Position numbers and translations under genes: made by a program. Shown here in pieces: positions 52,311-63,629 of a stretch of 64,000 nt of DNA (positions are counted from its first letter, which is position 1; every line of letters begins with the position of its first letter). Source of the DNA: Mobula hypostoma (lineage: Eukaryota); assembly GCF_963921235.1 (NCBI RefSeq), contig NC_086108.1, positions 71,488,001 through 71,552,000 on the forward strand, written 5' to 3'. The notes under the pieces were generated by a model. The model did no database searches, had not been told where the DNA came from, and saw only the letters and a list, made by a program, of their open reading frames with translations.

Positions 52311-53215
52311 CAGCAATCTTGCAATTTAGTTATTTAATTAAATAATGTATACTTGTATAAAGAATTATCTAATTGGCTAGTTTTAATTATATAATTAAGT
52401 ACTATTATGATCGAAAATTTTCCATCAAACTTAAAAATAACCACTTTCCTGTTAATTTTACTGTTTACCAGAAATTTCAAATTCATGTCGAAACTGGCAA
52501 TGGTCTGGCCCATGTATTTAACACTATAAAAATGTCTTGGCATTTCTTCAGCTATATTTTGAAGTGTGCAAGATCTTCCCACTGAAAACATAATAGAATG
52601 AAACTAAACCATTTAATGTAAGTACATCTTCATGTATTTCAACAGCTCAATTGGGATTGGAGTTTTCTTCCTGTTACAGGACAATTAAGATGCAGGGAAA
52701 AGGTTCTGCATGAAACAATAAATTATAAGTTGTAATATTGAAATGTTATCTTTCTGTAGACCTTTTCATAATAATTATTTAACGATGGAGTTTCCAAAGT
52801 TCAGTTTTAATACTGTCTTTTTCTTTTTTGCGAGATCAATTGCTCAAACAAATGCAAGAAATGCAAAGATTATAGTGAAGCTTGTGAAATTTAAAGGCTT
52901 GCTCCTGCTGATGTTTGTAGTGAAGGAACTGGGTGTATATGAGTGCTGACTAGAAAGAACAGCTAAGCTGATCAATTGATGCAGTAATAAATTTGAAGAA
53001 TATTCTTTCACTCAGAGAGCCGAAGACATTTTCTTTTTTCACTGATAATATCCCATTTAACTCCCAAACTACAGAAATTTAATGCACTCCAAAATTCTCA
53101 ATTAGAAAAAGACATATTCTTTAGGTATGGGCTTTATGTCAGTGTAAATTCAGAGGGTGGTATGATAGTCCAACACTGTCCAAATCACTCTGAATTCTTG
53201 TGAACTATCCATGAG

Positions 53216-53586
53216 TGTAACGATCCTCAGATGAGTGGACCCAGGTGTGTAGCAAATTTAGGACTTGATAGTAGAAATTAATGATGAAGGTTTATTCAGA
53301 GAATAATACAGGGAATAATCAAACTAAGAGCTCACGGGACGGTAGTTCACACAGAACTTGAATGTAGAATAACCTTAAACAGAACATAAAATACAGGAAA
53401 CCTATGCAGGTTGAAATCAAAAACTAATGAAGAATAGGATGCATAAGGAAACCGTATTCACATAATGAGCATCACAAAAAAGCCACAATGACAGCTTAAC
53501 GATACAAGTAGTCATTAAACAACTCTAATATAAATTGTTTACCTGTGCTACCTGGCGCCCCTTGCTGGCCCGAAGGGTTCATGACA
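53216..53586 (-). mobile_element. Solo LTR (371 bp)
   Basis: Termini TGTAACGA...TCATGACA. Flanks ATGAG and ATGAA form a 5-bp TSD with one mismatch. Reversed AATAAA near 53291. Confidence 0.7.
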
Positions 53587-53822
53587 ATGAACTCCAGTTA
53601 AAAAGCAGCAGAATTCACTGATGTTGATGTAACAATTCACCAGACATGACAGTAAATTTTAAAAAAACATAACATTTAATTTTTTCTCTGTTATGACATC
53701 AGAAGTATGACATAAGAGGCTCAGAAAAAAAGTGGATGTAGATTTGGCCAGTTTCAATTCAAAACTACTCATGGAATTATTGTACAGAAACTGAAGGCAG
53801 TAAGGATAAAAAATACAATATA

Positions 53823-54811
53823 TTTACAATATATATTAATGACTTAGACGAGGGAATTAAATACAGCATCTCCAAGTTTGTGGATGACATGAAGCTGGGC
53901 GGCAGTGTTAGCTGTGAGGAGGATGCTAAGAGGATGCAGGGTGACTTGGATAGGTTGGGTGAGTGGGCAAATTCATGGCAGATGCAATTTAATGTGGATA
54001 AATATGAGGTTATCCACTTTGGTGGCAAGAACAGGAAAACAGATTATTATCTGAATGGTGGCCAATTAGGAAAAGGGGAGGTGCAACGAGACCTGGGTGT
54101 CATTATACACCAGTCATTGAAAGTGGGCATGCAGGTACAGCAGGCAGTGAAAAAGGCGAATGGTATGCTGGCATTTATAGCAAGAGGATTCGAGTACAGG
54201 AGCAGGGAGGTACTACTGCAGTTGTACAAGGCCTTGGTGAGACCACACCTGGAGTATTGTGTGCAGTTTTGGTCCCCTAATCTGAGGAAAGACATCCTTG
54301 CCATAGACGGAGTACAAAGAAGGTTCACCAGATTGATTCCTGGGATGGCAGGACTTTCATATGAGGAAAGACTGGATTGACTAGGCTTATACTCTCTGGA
54401 ATTTAGAGGATTGAGGGGGATCTGATTGAAACATATAAATTTCTAAAGGGATTGGACAGGCTAGATGCAGGAAGATTGTTCCTGATGTTGGGGAAGTCCA
54501 GAACGAGGGGTCACAGTTTGAGGATAAAGGGGAAGCCTTTTAGGACCGAGATGAGGAAAAACTTCTTCACACAGAGAGTGGTGAATCTGTGGAATTCTCT
54601 GCTACAGAAAACAGTTGAGGCCAGTTTATTGGCTATATTTAAGAGGGAGTTAGATATGGCCCTTGTGACTAAAGGGATCGGGGGTATGGAGAGAAGGCAG
54701 GTACAGGGTTCTGAGTTGGATGATCAGCCATGATCGTACTGAATGGCGGTGCAGGTTCAAAGGGCTGAATGGCCTACTTCTGCACCTATTTTCTATGATT
54801 CTATGTTTCTA
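53823..54811 (+). mobile_element. Young CR1 3' fragment, sibling of 28182-29600
   Basis: ORFs 53880..54380 and 54452..54733 are nearly identical to the corresponding parts of ORF 28215..29501. Confidence 0.95.
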
Positions 54812-54883
54812 AATGAAAGTCTGTTGGGTCACAATATTTCCATTAAATCATGGTGAATTCAAACCCATTTAAACTCCTTAGGT

Positions 54884-55076
54884 AACACACATAAAAGTTG
54901 CTGGTGAACGCAGCAGGCCAGGCAGCATCTCTAAGAAGAGGTACAGTCGACGTCTCGGCCCGAAACGTCGACTGTACCTCCTCCTATAGATGCTGCCTGG
55001 CCTACTGCGTTCACCAGCAACTTTTATGTGTGTTGCTTGAAATTCCAGCATCTGCAGATTTTCTTGTGTTTGCATT
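54884..55076. mobile_element. 193-bp Penelope-derived hairpin element with a 16-bp TSD
   Basis: About 75-bp inverted arms (54884-54958 and 54960-55034). TSD TTTAAACTCCTTAGGT at 54868-54883 and 55077-55092. Confidence 0.92.
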
Positions 55077-55479
55077 TTTAAACTCCTTAGGTGATACTTT
55101 ACATTTTGTAGTTAATGATTTCTGAAGATAATAAAGTAAATGATACTGTGGCTCAATAGCACTCTGGTAGATAATCCCCATAATCCTCATTTTCATGACA
55201 AAAAGATGAGAACTGTCAAAATCACTCTTTGGAAAAAAACTCATCCCTCACAATCTGGCAATAATCCAGCAGTCTCACAGTGGGACACATGATTAGAGAG
55301 TGTAGGAGATGGACGATTAAAGCTTAATATAACTTAAAATGTTGGCATTGTGGAACAGTGACCATTGCATCTATGGAGGAGATCGATGTCTAATTTGCAG
55401 TTTTTAAGGCTAAAATCATTCCTACATCTTTTTGGTGCAACAGTGATCTTTTGTCTCCCTCACCATCCATCATATGAAA

Positions 55480-55650
55480 TCCTCCTTTTCATTCTTTCCT
55501 TCTCATCCTTCTGTCCAGGTAAAGGGTCTTGGCTCAAAACTCTGGATGTCAGTTTCCCTCCACGGATGCTGCCTGACCAGCTGAGTTCCTCCAGGAGCTT
55601 TTTGTTGTTCCACATTCCAGCGCCTGCAATCTCTTCCGACTTTGTTTTCC
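55480..55650 (+). mobile_element. Old Penelope pLTR fragment
   Basis: aaagggtcttggctcaaaac..gatgctgcctgaccagctgagttcctccagg..ccagcgcctgca. Confidence 0.7.
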
Positions 55651-57141
55651 CATAATCATTGGAACTACCAACCCAGCAGTGTTATGGAAATATCTTCACC
55701 AGGAAGACTGTAGCTTTTCCTGAGGTGACGTGTGACTGATTCTTCATGAGCAGTGAGGGACACACAAAAAAGGCTGTCATAGCAGGGAACACATGCATTA
55801 CAAAAACACTATACAAGTTAAATAGAAGGCTTCCCAGACTTTGAAGCTTAGTAGAGTATTGCAGGCATTCAACCACACTTAAAATTCAGGAAGGAAATGA
55901 GGAAAAGTGGTGAGGGTAAATTTACGGGCGAGTTTGCTCGTGTCTGTTTTCCTCACTATTGTAGCACCACAGAGGTTCAGCAGAAATGCTAACCTGGCTC
56001 ATCAACATGATTTCTACTGAAGTTAAAGCATCATAGCATCAAGAAATTCTCCTCCAATACACCATCACAGCTGAGCTTATCAACCACCTCTGTGGTGGAA
56101 GTGTATCCCAGTAGATACTCAAACTAGGAACTCGATATGATCAGGAAATAACAAGTGATGAGGTATGTTGGTTTCAGGTATTTCATCACTTTAGGGATTA
56201 TCTTTACAGAAAGTGAAATTGAGTTTTAAAATAGATTTATATGTGGTGAAACACACACTTATTACAGTTTCCTATCAACAGCTCCCAAATCTGAACCCAG
56301 AGGGCTGATTTATCTCGAACAAAAGTCATTGAATTTATCAAAAGTGGGAATTAGAATCAACACTGGAATAAATTGTACATCTGAAATGCTTCTGGCTTGT
56401 TTCTGTAGAGGCATAAACTGTCCTGGGATGAGACCTCCACCTGTAAGGTTTCTGGGATTAACTTGGTGTTCCTGCCTGTGTTTGCACCATCCCAGTTTTC
56501 CCTGTCAGTGCTTGCCCAGCCCCTGAGTTCAGTGATGATTTCTGTGACCTTTGCCTGCACTGGGACCAGGAACACATATGCTTCTACAGCAACTTTAAGA
56601 GTCCGCAGTGCCGAACTTCATTTTGAAAGGCAGAGAGAAATTAGTTAATGTGAAGGTATTTCTGAGGTGCCTCATTAGTCATCGTTCACCACACTGCCCC
56701 AACATGTTACGCATTCCAATGTGGAATAGGTAGACCGGTTTCCAAGCAGAACATGGGGAGGCGATCCTACTCTGCGTATGCATGCTGGAACAGGTCCTCT
56801 CCAGCTTATGAACACCTGACCTATGTACAAATTATACACACGAACAAGTGTTCAGGAGACCTGAGGGATGAGTCGCTGTTTGCTCCAGGTGACTATTTTT
56901 GACACTCGCTGGAATTTTTCCACATCAAACATCATCTGCACTGAATCAGACAATGAACTACAGAGTTAATGAGGGATTCAGAGGGCTCAACTCTTTACAC
57001 AGTAAATAGTTTTAAGCTGGAATACACTGGATATTCAGTGACAAGCAATAGACCATAAAGTGATATAGCACTGGCTTTACACTCTTCCTGTACTAAGGCA
57101 ACCAGGATACATCTAGTGCAGTTTAACTGAAGTTTTATGTA

Positions 57142-59342
57142 GTTCAAGTTCAAAAGATTCAAAGTAAATTTATTATCAAAGTACTTATATATCACCAAAT
57201 ACAACCCTGAGATTATTTTTCTTGCAGGCATACTCAATAAATCGAATAACCATAATAGAATCAATGAAAGACTGCACCAAAAGGGCAGATGCCCAGTGTG
57301 CAAAAGACAACAACTATGCAAATACAAACAGAAAGAGAAAAAATAATAATATGTATTTCTGATAAGAAGTATACACCACTAAATTTAAATGAGAGCACAA
57401 CCCAGAAAAATGAAGACATTATCACTATTGAAGAGAAGGTTAACCAATGGAAGAGCATGATCCTCCATGCAAGATATCCCCACGATCTGAGCGCACTAGG
57501 TGTCGACAAGGAAGTGTCAAATGCCTGGCTCAGAGTTGGAGACCTCTTCCTAGAAACAGAACGGTTCCTTGTGGCAGTACAGGGTCAGGTGGTTAATACA
57601 AAAATGCTGAACACATAATCAAAAATACATAATAAAAGATAAGCAAATTCAAGATGATAAATGTAGAAAATGCCAAGGAAAACCTGAAACAATCCAGCAC
57701 CTCAGTTTAGCACAATTTGATTACCTACTCAGGCACACTCAAGTGGCAAACATTATTCACCAAAATCTTGCTTTAAAATACAAACTCATAGAATAATTCA
57801 AACCTTACTGTAAATACAAGCCTGATCCAGTTTTAGAGTCAGAATATAACAAATTATATTACAACTAATTAGTTATTACAGATATGACAATCCATAATAA
57901 TCATTCGGATATAATAATACAGGATAAACAAGCAAGAACAACTTACTTAATAGACACAGCCATTCCAAACACATATAGCTTACAGAACTCAATAAGTGAA
58001 AAATGCCAGAAATACGCCGAATTAAAAGAGGAAATTGAAAGACTTTGGAACAGGAACAGGATATACATTAACCCGATAGTAATATCTACAGCTGGTATTA
58101 GCTTAAAGTCACTACACACTGGCATTAAACAATTAGGGCTGCACAGTAATATCTACGTAAATCTTCAGAAAGCCACAATACTGAACACCACTAGAAAGTT
58201 TCTATCAGTTGAGAAATGAGTGTGCTTGACCATGGGCATACCTCTGGTTTTACCTGCCTGTGGAAAAAATAAATGATAGTAGTAGTAATAGTAGTAGTAA
58301 TAATAATAATAATAATAAAAACAGCTAAATAATAAATATTGAGATGAAGAGTCCTTGGAAGTGAGTCTATAGGTTGTGGGAACAGTTCACTGATGGGGCG
58401 AGTGAAGTTGAGTGAAATTTTCCCCCTCTGTTTCAAGAGCCTGATGGTTGAGGGGTAATAACTGTTCCTGAACCTGGTGGTGTGAGTCCTAAGGCTCCTG
58501 TACCTTCTGCAGCAGTGAGAAGAGAGCATGACCTGGGTGGTGGGGGTCCTTGATGATGGACGCTCCTTTCCTGTGACCACTCTCTATGTGGATGTGCTCA
58601 CTGGTGGAGAGCCCCTTACCCATGATGGACTGGACAATTCAAGGGCATTGGTGTTTCCATACCAGGCTGTGATGCAACCCATCAGTACACTCTACACTAC
58701 ACATCTATACAAGTTTGTAAAAGTTTCAGAGGTCATACTGAATCTTCACAAACTCCTAAGGAAGTAAAGGCACTGTTGTGCTTTCATCGTAATAGCATTT
58801 ATGTGCTGGGCCCAGGACAGATCTTTCGAAATGATAGCACCAAGGAATTTAAAGTTGCTGACCCTCTCCAACTCCGCTCCCTCAATGAAGACTGGCTCAT
58901 GGGCCTCCAGTTTCCTCCTCCTGAACTCAATAATCAGCTCCTTGGACTTGCTGACACTAAGTGAGAGGTTGCTGCTGTGACACCACTCAGCCAGGTTTTC
59001 ATTCTCCCTCATATGCCAATTCATCACCAACTTTGATTCAGCCTCCAAAAGTGGTGTTGTCAACAAACAAACATGGCTTTGGAGCTGTGCTTAGCCTTGC
59101 AGTCATAAATGCAAAGCGAGTAGAACAGAGGGCTAGCACACAGCCTTGTGGTGCACCTGTGCTGATGGAGATTGTGGAGGAGATGTTGCCAATTCGAACT
59201 GACTGGAGTCTGCAAGTGAGGAAACCGAGGATCCAGTTGTACAAGGAGGTATTTGTGCTGAGATCTTGAAGCTTTTTGATTAGTCTTGAGGGGATGATAG
59301 TAGTGAATGCTGAGCTGTAGTTGATAAGAGGCATCCTGATGT
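57142..59342 (-). mobile_element. Rex1/Babar LINE (RT to tail) interrupted by an R4/Dong element
   Basis: ORF 59038..59361 contains [20 protein letters not shown] and ORF 58746..59066 contains FKFLG..LYFLRSL. The tail is at 57142. Confidence 0.88.
57351..58318 (+). mobile_element. R4/Dong-clade non-LTR retrotransposon 3' fragment (zinc knuckle plus restriction-like endonuclease)
   Basis: SNAWL..ETE.F..A.Q.Q; KCRKCQGKPETIQHL near 57660; HSDIIIQDK..LIDTAIP..EKCQKYAELKEEI..PIVIS. It ends in (TAG/TAA)n. Confidence 0.88.
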
Positions 59343-59985
59343 AGTTCAAGTTCAAGTACACGCTTAACTGCCATTCAACCGTACACGAGTACCCACGAAC
59401 TCAGCCAAACCAGACGGCATTACTCCAGGGCCGGGTGCAAAACACAGTACCTCCAGTCACACACACAGCACAAGGCACACATAGCGCATATAAGATATCA
59501 GTAAAATACAGTCACACAAAAAAAGATTGTATGTTCATGAATGTTGCAGACGTCTGCAGTCAAACACAATATCGCTTGCCTTCAGCTGCGCGAACACTGG
59601 GGCAGCATCGACTCCGGCTTAGACACCATGCTACGCCACCTCTGGTGGAGCGCGGTGACTCTGGTGCCTCTCTCCTGGGACCTGTAACAGGCGACACCAC
59701 GGCTTGAAGCCAAGTCCTTGTTATGATAGAGCCCACGCAGCTTCCCTGCTGTCGGCCAATAAATCAGTGAATTGGACTTGCAACGTTCCACATTAACAAA
59801 GTCCTACAGGGTCTTGCAATCACAGGGAAAGAGACTAAGATGATGACTCACTGTTGGACCTTCACCTTCAACACTGCCTTCGTGCACAGAGTCCTCTGAG
59901 GCCTCTCTGGCGCCAGCACCAGCACGATCCTCACCACGTCCGGCTCCGTCACTTTCTTTGCCAATGAGCAACTCACTGATGGGGT
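59343..59985 (-). mobile_element. Unclassified non-coding retroposon-like segment
   Basis: Reversed (TTGAAC)n tail at 59343 followed by a CpG-rich body. Confidence 0.4.
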
Positions 59986-60226
59986 AGGTCTACAGTACTT
60001 TATCGATTTCTGGTACTCCTGTGTGGTTCTTGTATATCGGTGAGACCCAATGTAGATTGGGAGACCGCTTCGCCAAGCACCTACCTCCGTCCGCCAGAAA
60101 AAGCATGATCTCCCAGTGGCCACCCATTTTAATTCCACTTTCCATTCCCATTCTGACATGTCCATCCATGGCCTCTTCTACTGTTATGATGATGCCACAT
60201 TCAGGTTGGAGCAGCACCTTATACTC

Positions 60227-60783
60227 TGTTGTAGTGTGGATGAAATCACCAGAGAGACAGAGTCACTGGTAGATACAAAGCAGCTTCTTTATTCGACACA
60301 ACAAGCAGGCATTAGGAGACTCTTTTTGTAGAAAGGTCTGCTAGCCCAATGTGGGCTCGATATTTATATGCTAAACACAAAGGCAATCGCTACTTACAAG
60401 GTTATAGACAATGCATAGACAACGCTTCGGATTGAAGCTACATACAAAATATCACACCTCCTAACTTCATCCTTTCCTTCTGACGCCAACATATCTGGGT
60501 TGGTATCCACAGCTTTAGGAATGCAATTAAATCCACAATACATTTATTTGGCATTTTACATGCTAACATAGAAGACAACTAATATTTATAATGTATAGAT
60601 AATATTGTCTTCGAAACTACAGCATCTAGTCAAACTACGGCGCCAGAATCATCTCGTATTCACACCTTTTTAGGAAGTGCATTGTTGTGGACTCAATCCA
60701 TGGTACTTTGTCAAATAGAAGTCTGGTGGCCAAAATCACTTATGTGTAAACAAATCATCTACCCAAAAAAATTCACTCTAACA
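60227..60783 (-). mobile_element. Solo LTR (557 bp)
   Basis: Termini TGTTGTAGTG...CACTCTAACA. Perfect 5-bp TSD TACTC at 60222-60226 and 60784-60788. The minus strand has TATAAATA near 60361, then AATAAA near 60288. Confidence 0.9.
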
Positions 60784-61117
60784 TACTCCATCTGGGTAGC
60801 CGCCAACCTAATGGCAGATACATCGATTTCTTGAATTTCTGGTAATGCCCCACCCACCCCTCCTTTCTCTATACCCTATTTCCATTTCCCTCTCACCTTA
60901 TCTTCTTGCCTGTCCATCACCTCCCTCTGGTGCTCCTTCCTTTTTTACTTTCTTCCATGGCCTTCTGCCCTCTCCTATCAGATTCCCCCTTCTCCAGCCC
61001 TGTATCTCTTTCACCAATCAACTTCCCAACTCTTTACTTCCCAGTTTTACCTATCACCTTGTGTTTCTTGCTCCCCTCCCCCCACCTTTTCACTCCCACT
61101 CCTCATCTTTTTTTCTC

Positions 61118-61155
61118 CAGTCCTGCTGTAGGGTCTTGACCCGAAACATTGACTG
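61118..61155 (+). ncRNA. Degenerate hammerhead motif in the Penelope pLTR
   Basis: CAGTC-CTGCTGT-A-GGG tcttga CCC-GAAAC-ATT-GACTG. Stems I and II are intact but the core is mutated. Confidence 0.6.
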
Positions 61156-61274
61156 TTTATCCTTTTCCATAGATGCTGCCTGGCCTCCTGAGTTCCTCTA
61201 GCGGTTTGTGTGTGTTACTTGGATTTCCAGCATCTGCAGATTTTTCCTTGTTTGTACTTCAAGTTTTTAATGTT

Positions 61275-61590
61275 CAGCAGGCTCTTGTGATCCTAAAAAT
61301 ATGTTTAACCATGATAATAACAGCTACGGTTGACCCCATAGAAGCCGCTGTGATCGAACACCCCACCATCTTAGAGGAAATGGCCTCTGCTGTGGACTTT
61401 TTTGCTGGTGGGCAAATTGGAGTGGATCCAAGTCAATTCTCAGGCAGGAGTTGATATGTTTCATCATCAACTTCTCGAAATACTTCATCACCCTGGGTTA
61501 AATCCTACTGGATGATAGTCCTTGAAGCAGGTCACCACGTACTTCTTAGGCACTGGTATAATTGAAGCTTGCTTGAAGCAGGTGCTTGAA
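61275..61590 (-). mobile_element. Rex1/Babar fragment
   Basis: The minus strand reads ..CFKQASIIPVPKK..DYHPV..MKYFEKLMMKH..LDPLQFA. Confidence 0.75.
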
Positions 61591-61819
61591 CTGTATCATG
61601 ATGTCCTTACTGTAATACTCAACATCTGTACTAATGAAGGGAAGATGCCATATATCACTGGTCCCCAACCACCGGGCCGCAAGGCATGTGCTACCGGGCC
61701 GCGAGGAAACGATATGATTTGGCGATATGAGTCAGCTGCACCTTTCCTCATTCCCTGTCACGGCCACTGTTGAACTTGAACGCACGCGAGGTCATTACCC
61801 GCACGTCATCCATGTCAGC

Positions 61820-62112
61820 GCGGGAAGGAGATCAACTCCTCGAGCTTGCAAGTGCCGGTGGGCTGAAAAGTATGTTTGACATAACATCTCTGCTGGCATT
61901 CTGGATCAAAGTCAAGGCTGAATATCCTGAGATAGCCACGAAAGCACTGAAAACGTTGCTTCCATTTCCAACATATCTCTGCAATGAATGCAACGAAAAC
62001 TAAATTGCGGAATAGACTGGACATAAGGAACCCCCTTCGAGTGTCGCTGTCTCCCATCACCCCTCGATACGACTGTCTCGTTGAAGGGAAACAAGCCCAG
62101 GGCTCCCACTGA
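61820..62112 (+). pseudogene. hAT transposase C-terminal dimerisation domain remnant
   Basis: FWIKVKAEYPEIATKALKTLLPFPTYLC, then after a frameshift KLRNRLDI..LRVSLSPITPR..KQAQGSH*. Confidence 0.88.
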
Positions 62113-62235
62113 TTCAGCGATATTGGTGTGTTGCAATGATTTTATATGTTCATACGGGGAAAATATGTGCTGTGTGTTTAATATCCAAACGTTACTTAAA
62201 ATGTTATGATGCTATTGACTAATAAGTGACTTATA

Positions 62236-62439
62236 TAACCATATAACAATTACAGCATGGAAACAGGCCATCTCTGCCGTTCCAGTCCGTGCCGAACGCT
62301 ACTCTCACCTCGTCCCACCGACCTGCACTCAGCCCATAACCCTCCATTCCTTTCCTGTCCATATATCAGTCCAATTTTTCGTTAAATGATAATATCGAAC
62401 CTGCCTCTACCACTTCTACTGGAAGTTCGTTCAACACTT
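62236..62439 (-). mobile_element. CR1 3' tail nested in the hAT element
   Basis: taaccatataacaattacagcatggaaacaggcc...; flanking ACTTATA at 62229-62235 and 62440-62446. Confidence 0.75.
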
Positions 62440-62889
62440 ACTTATAGCTCCCCTGTCCTCCCTTGATAATTGACTTATCACTATACTCATGTGAGGAAAA
62501 TATGCGCTGCGTGTTTAATATTAAATTCGTTGGATAAACCCCTTTAGAAAGGAAACTGAGTGCATTAGCCACTTATCACCTATATTCCAGTCGTGATTAA
62601 CACTCCCCCCCCCGAACAGAATCGCCAAAAATGATTTGTAGGGCAAAAAAAATCGGCACGTACACGCATGCGCACTGGTGCCCGCGCAAGGCTTCATGGT
62701 CATTGTAGTCTTTCTTGGGATAGACAATGTATTTGACTGCTACTCTCGTCCATTGGCAACCCTACCCTCCCACCCCCCGGTCGGCCGGTCCGCAAGAATA
62801 TTGTCAATAATAAACCGGTCCGCATTGCAAAAAAGATTGTCGACCCCTGCCATATATCTCCCTTACTACCTTATCTGCTTGCATAGACA

Positions 62890-63489
62890 TGTAATGCTGA
62901 GCTATATCGGCTCGTATTTATCTAGGGGAAACCCCGTCCGCCAGCCAACCGTATCTCCCAGTTGCGTCAGTTGCTGTGCAATGCCACCTGATTCCACCTC
63001 AAACATCAATCGTCAGCCAGCACACAATGCACATTTTACTGATTACACTTTATAAATCTTACTAGGACTATGAGATTAATAGAGATACAATATAAAAGGA
63101 AAAGAAAAAGGCGCCAGACTTATCAAAGTTCAATTTCTTCGTGCACACAGTTGGAGCTCGGGACCTTCTTTCTTCCCCCTGCGATCCACTCTGACCTCCG
63201 CGACTCGCAGCTCGGGACCATCCAAGGTGATGGACCAGAGCGCTCCCAGCACGCCTGTCTTACTCCCGGTTTCTCCTCCAAAAGCCCACCAAAAACACTG
63301 TTTCCCAGGCATATGAGACAGAATATCACCCCAAAAAAGAATAACATGGACACCCATTGGTTCATCTTCTCTCTTATTAATAATATAACCCAAACAAGCT
63401 GCAGCGGGAGAACCTTCTCAGCATTTAACATAACAAAGAAGCCATTTTGATTAACATACACAGTAACATTAAAGAAGAAACCCCTTACA
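62890..63489. mobile_element. Solo LTR (600 bp)
   Basis: Termini TGTAA...TTACA. Flanks GACA and GACT form a 4-bp TSD with one mismatch. CpG-rich interior. Confidence 0.7.
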
Positions 63490-63629
63490 GACTCTTTCTG
63501 TGAAATATGGACCTGGACTTATATCCCAAGATCCCAATGTACCGTAATGTTATTAAGTTGTATCATTTAGTAATACAATAATATTATATGCAAGTTCTCT
63601 CTGTATCTCAATACTGTCTTCTTTCTTCT

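Larger units (their letters stand above)
59995..61255 (+). mobile_element. Penelope-like element 3' part (GIY-YIG endonuclease remnant plus pLTR), split by a solo LTR
   Basis: LYIGETQCRLGDRFAKHL and VATHFNS..HSHSDMSI..LEQHLI. It resumes at 60789 (HLGSRQPNG..IDF) and ends in the pLTR tail. Confidence 0.9.
61656..62849 (+). mobile_element. hAT-Charlie DNA transposon, internally deleted
   Basis: TIRs CACTGGTCCCCAACC and (reverse complement) CAGGGGTCGACAATC. Perfect 8-bp TSD CCATATAT at 61648-61655 and 62850-62857. Confidence 0.93.

Noticed and set aside
61770..62112. Domesticated ZBED/FAM200/SCAND3-like gene
   Set aside because: It is a frameshifted fragment lying between TIRs and an 8-bp TSD, so it is a transposon remnant.
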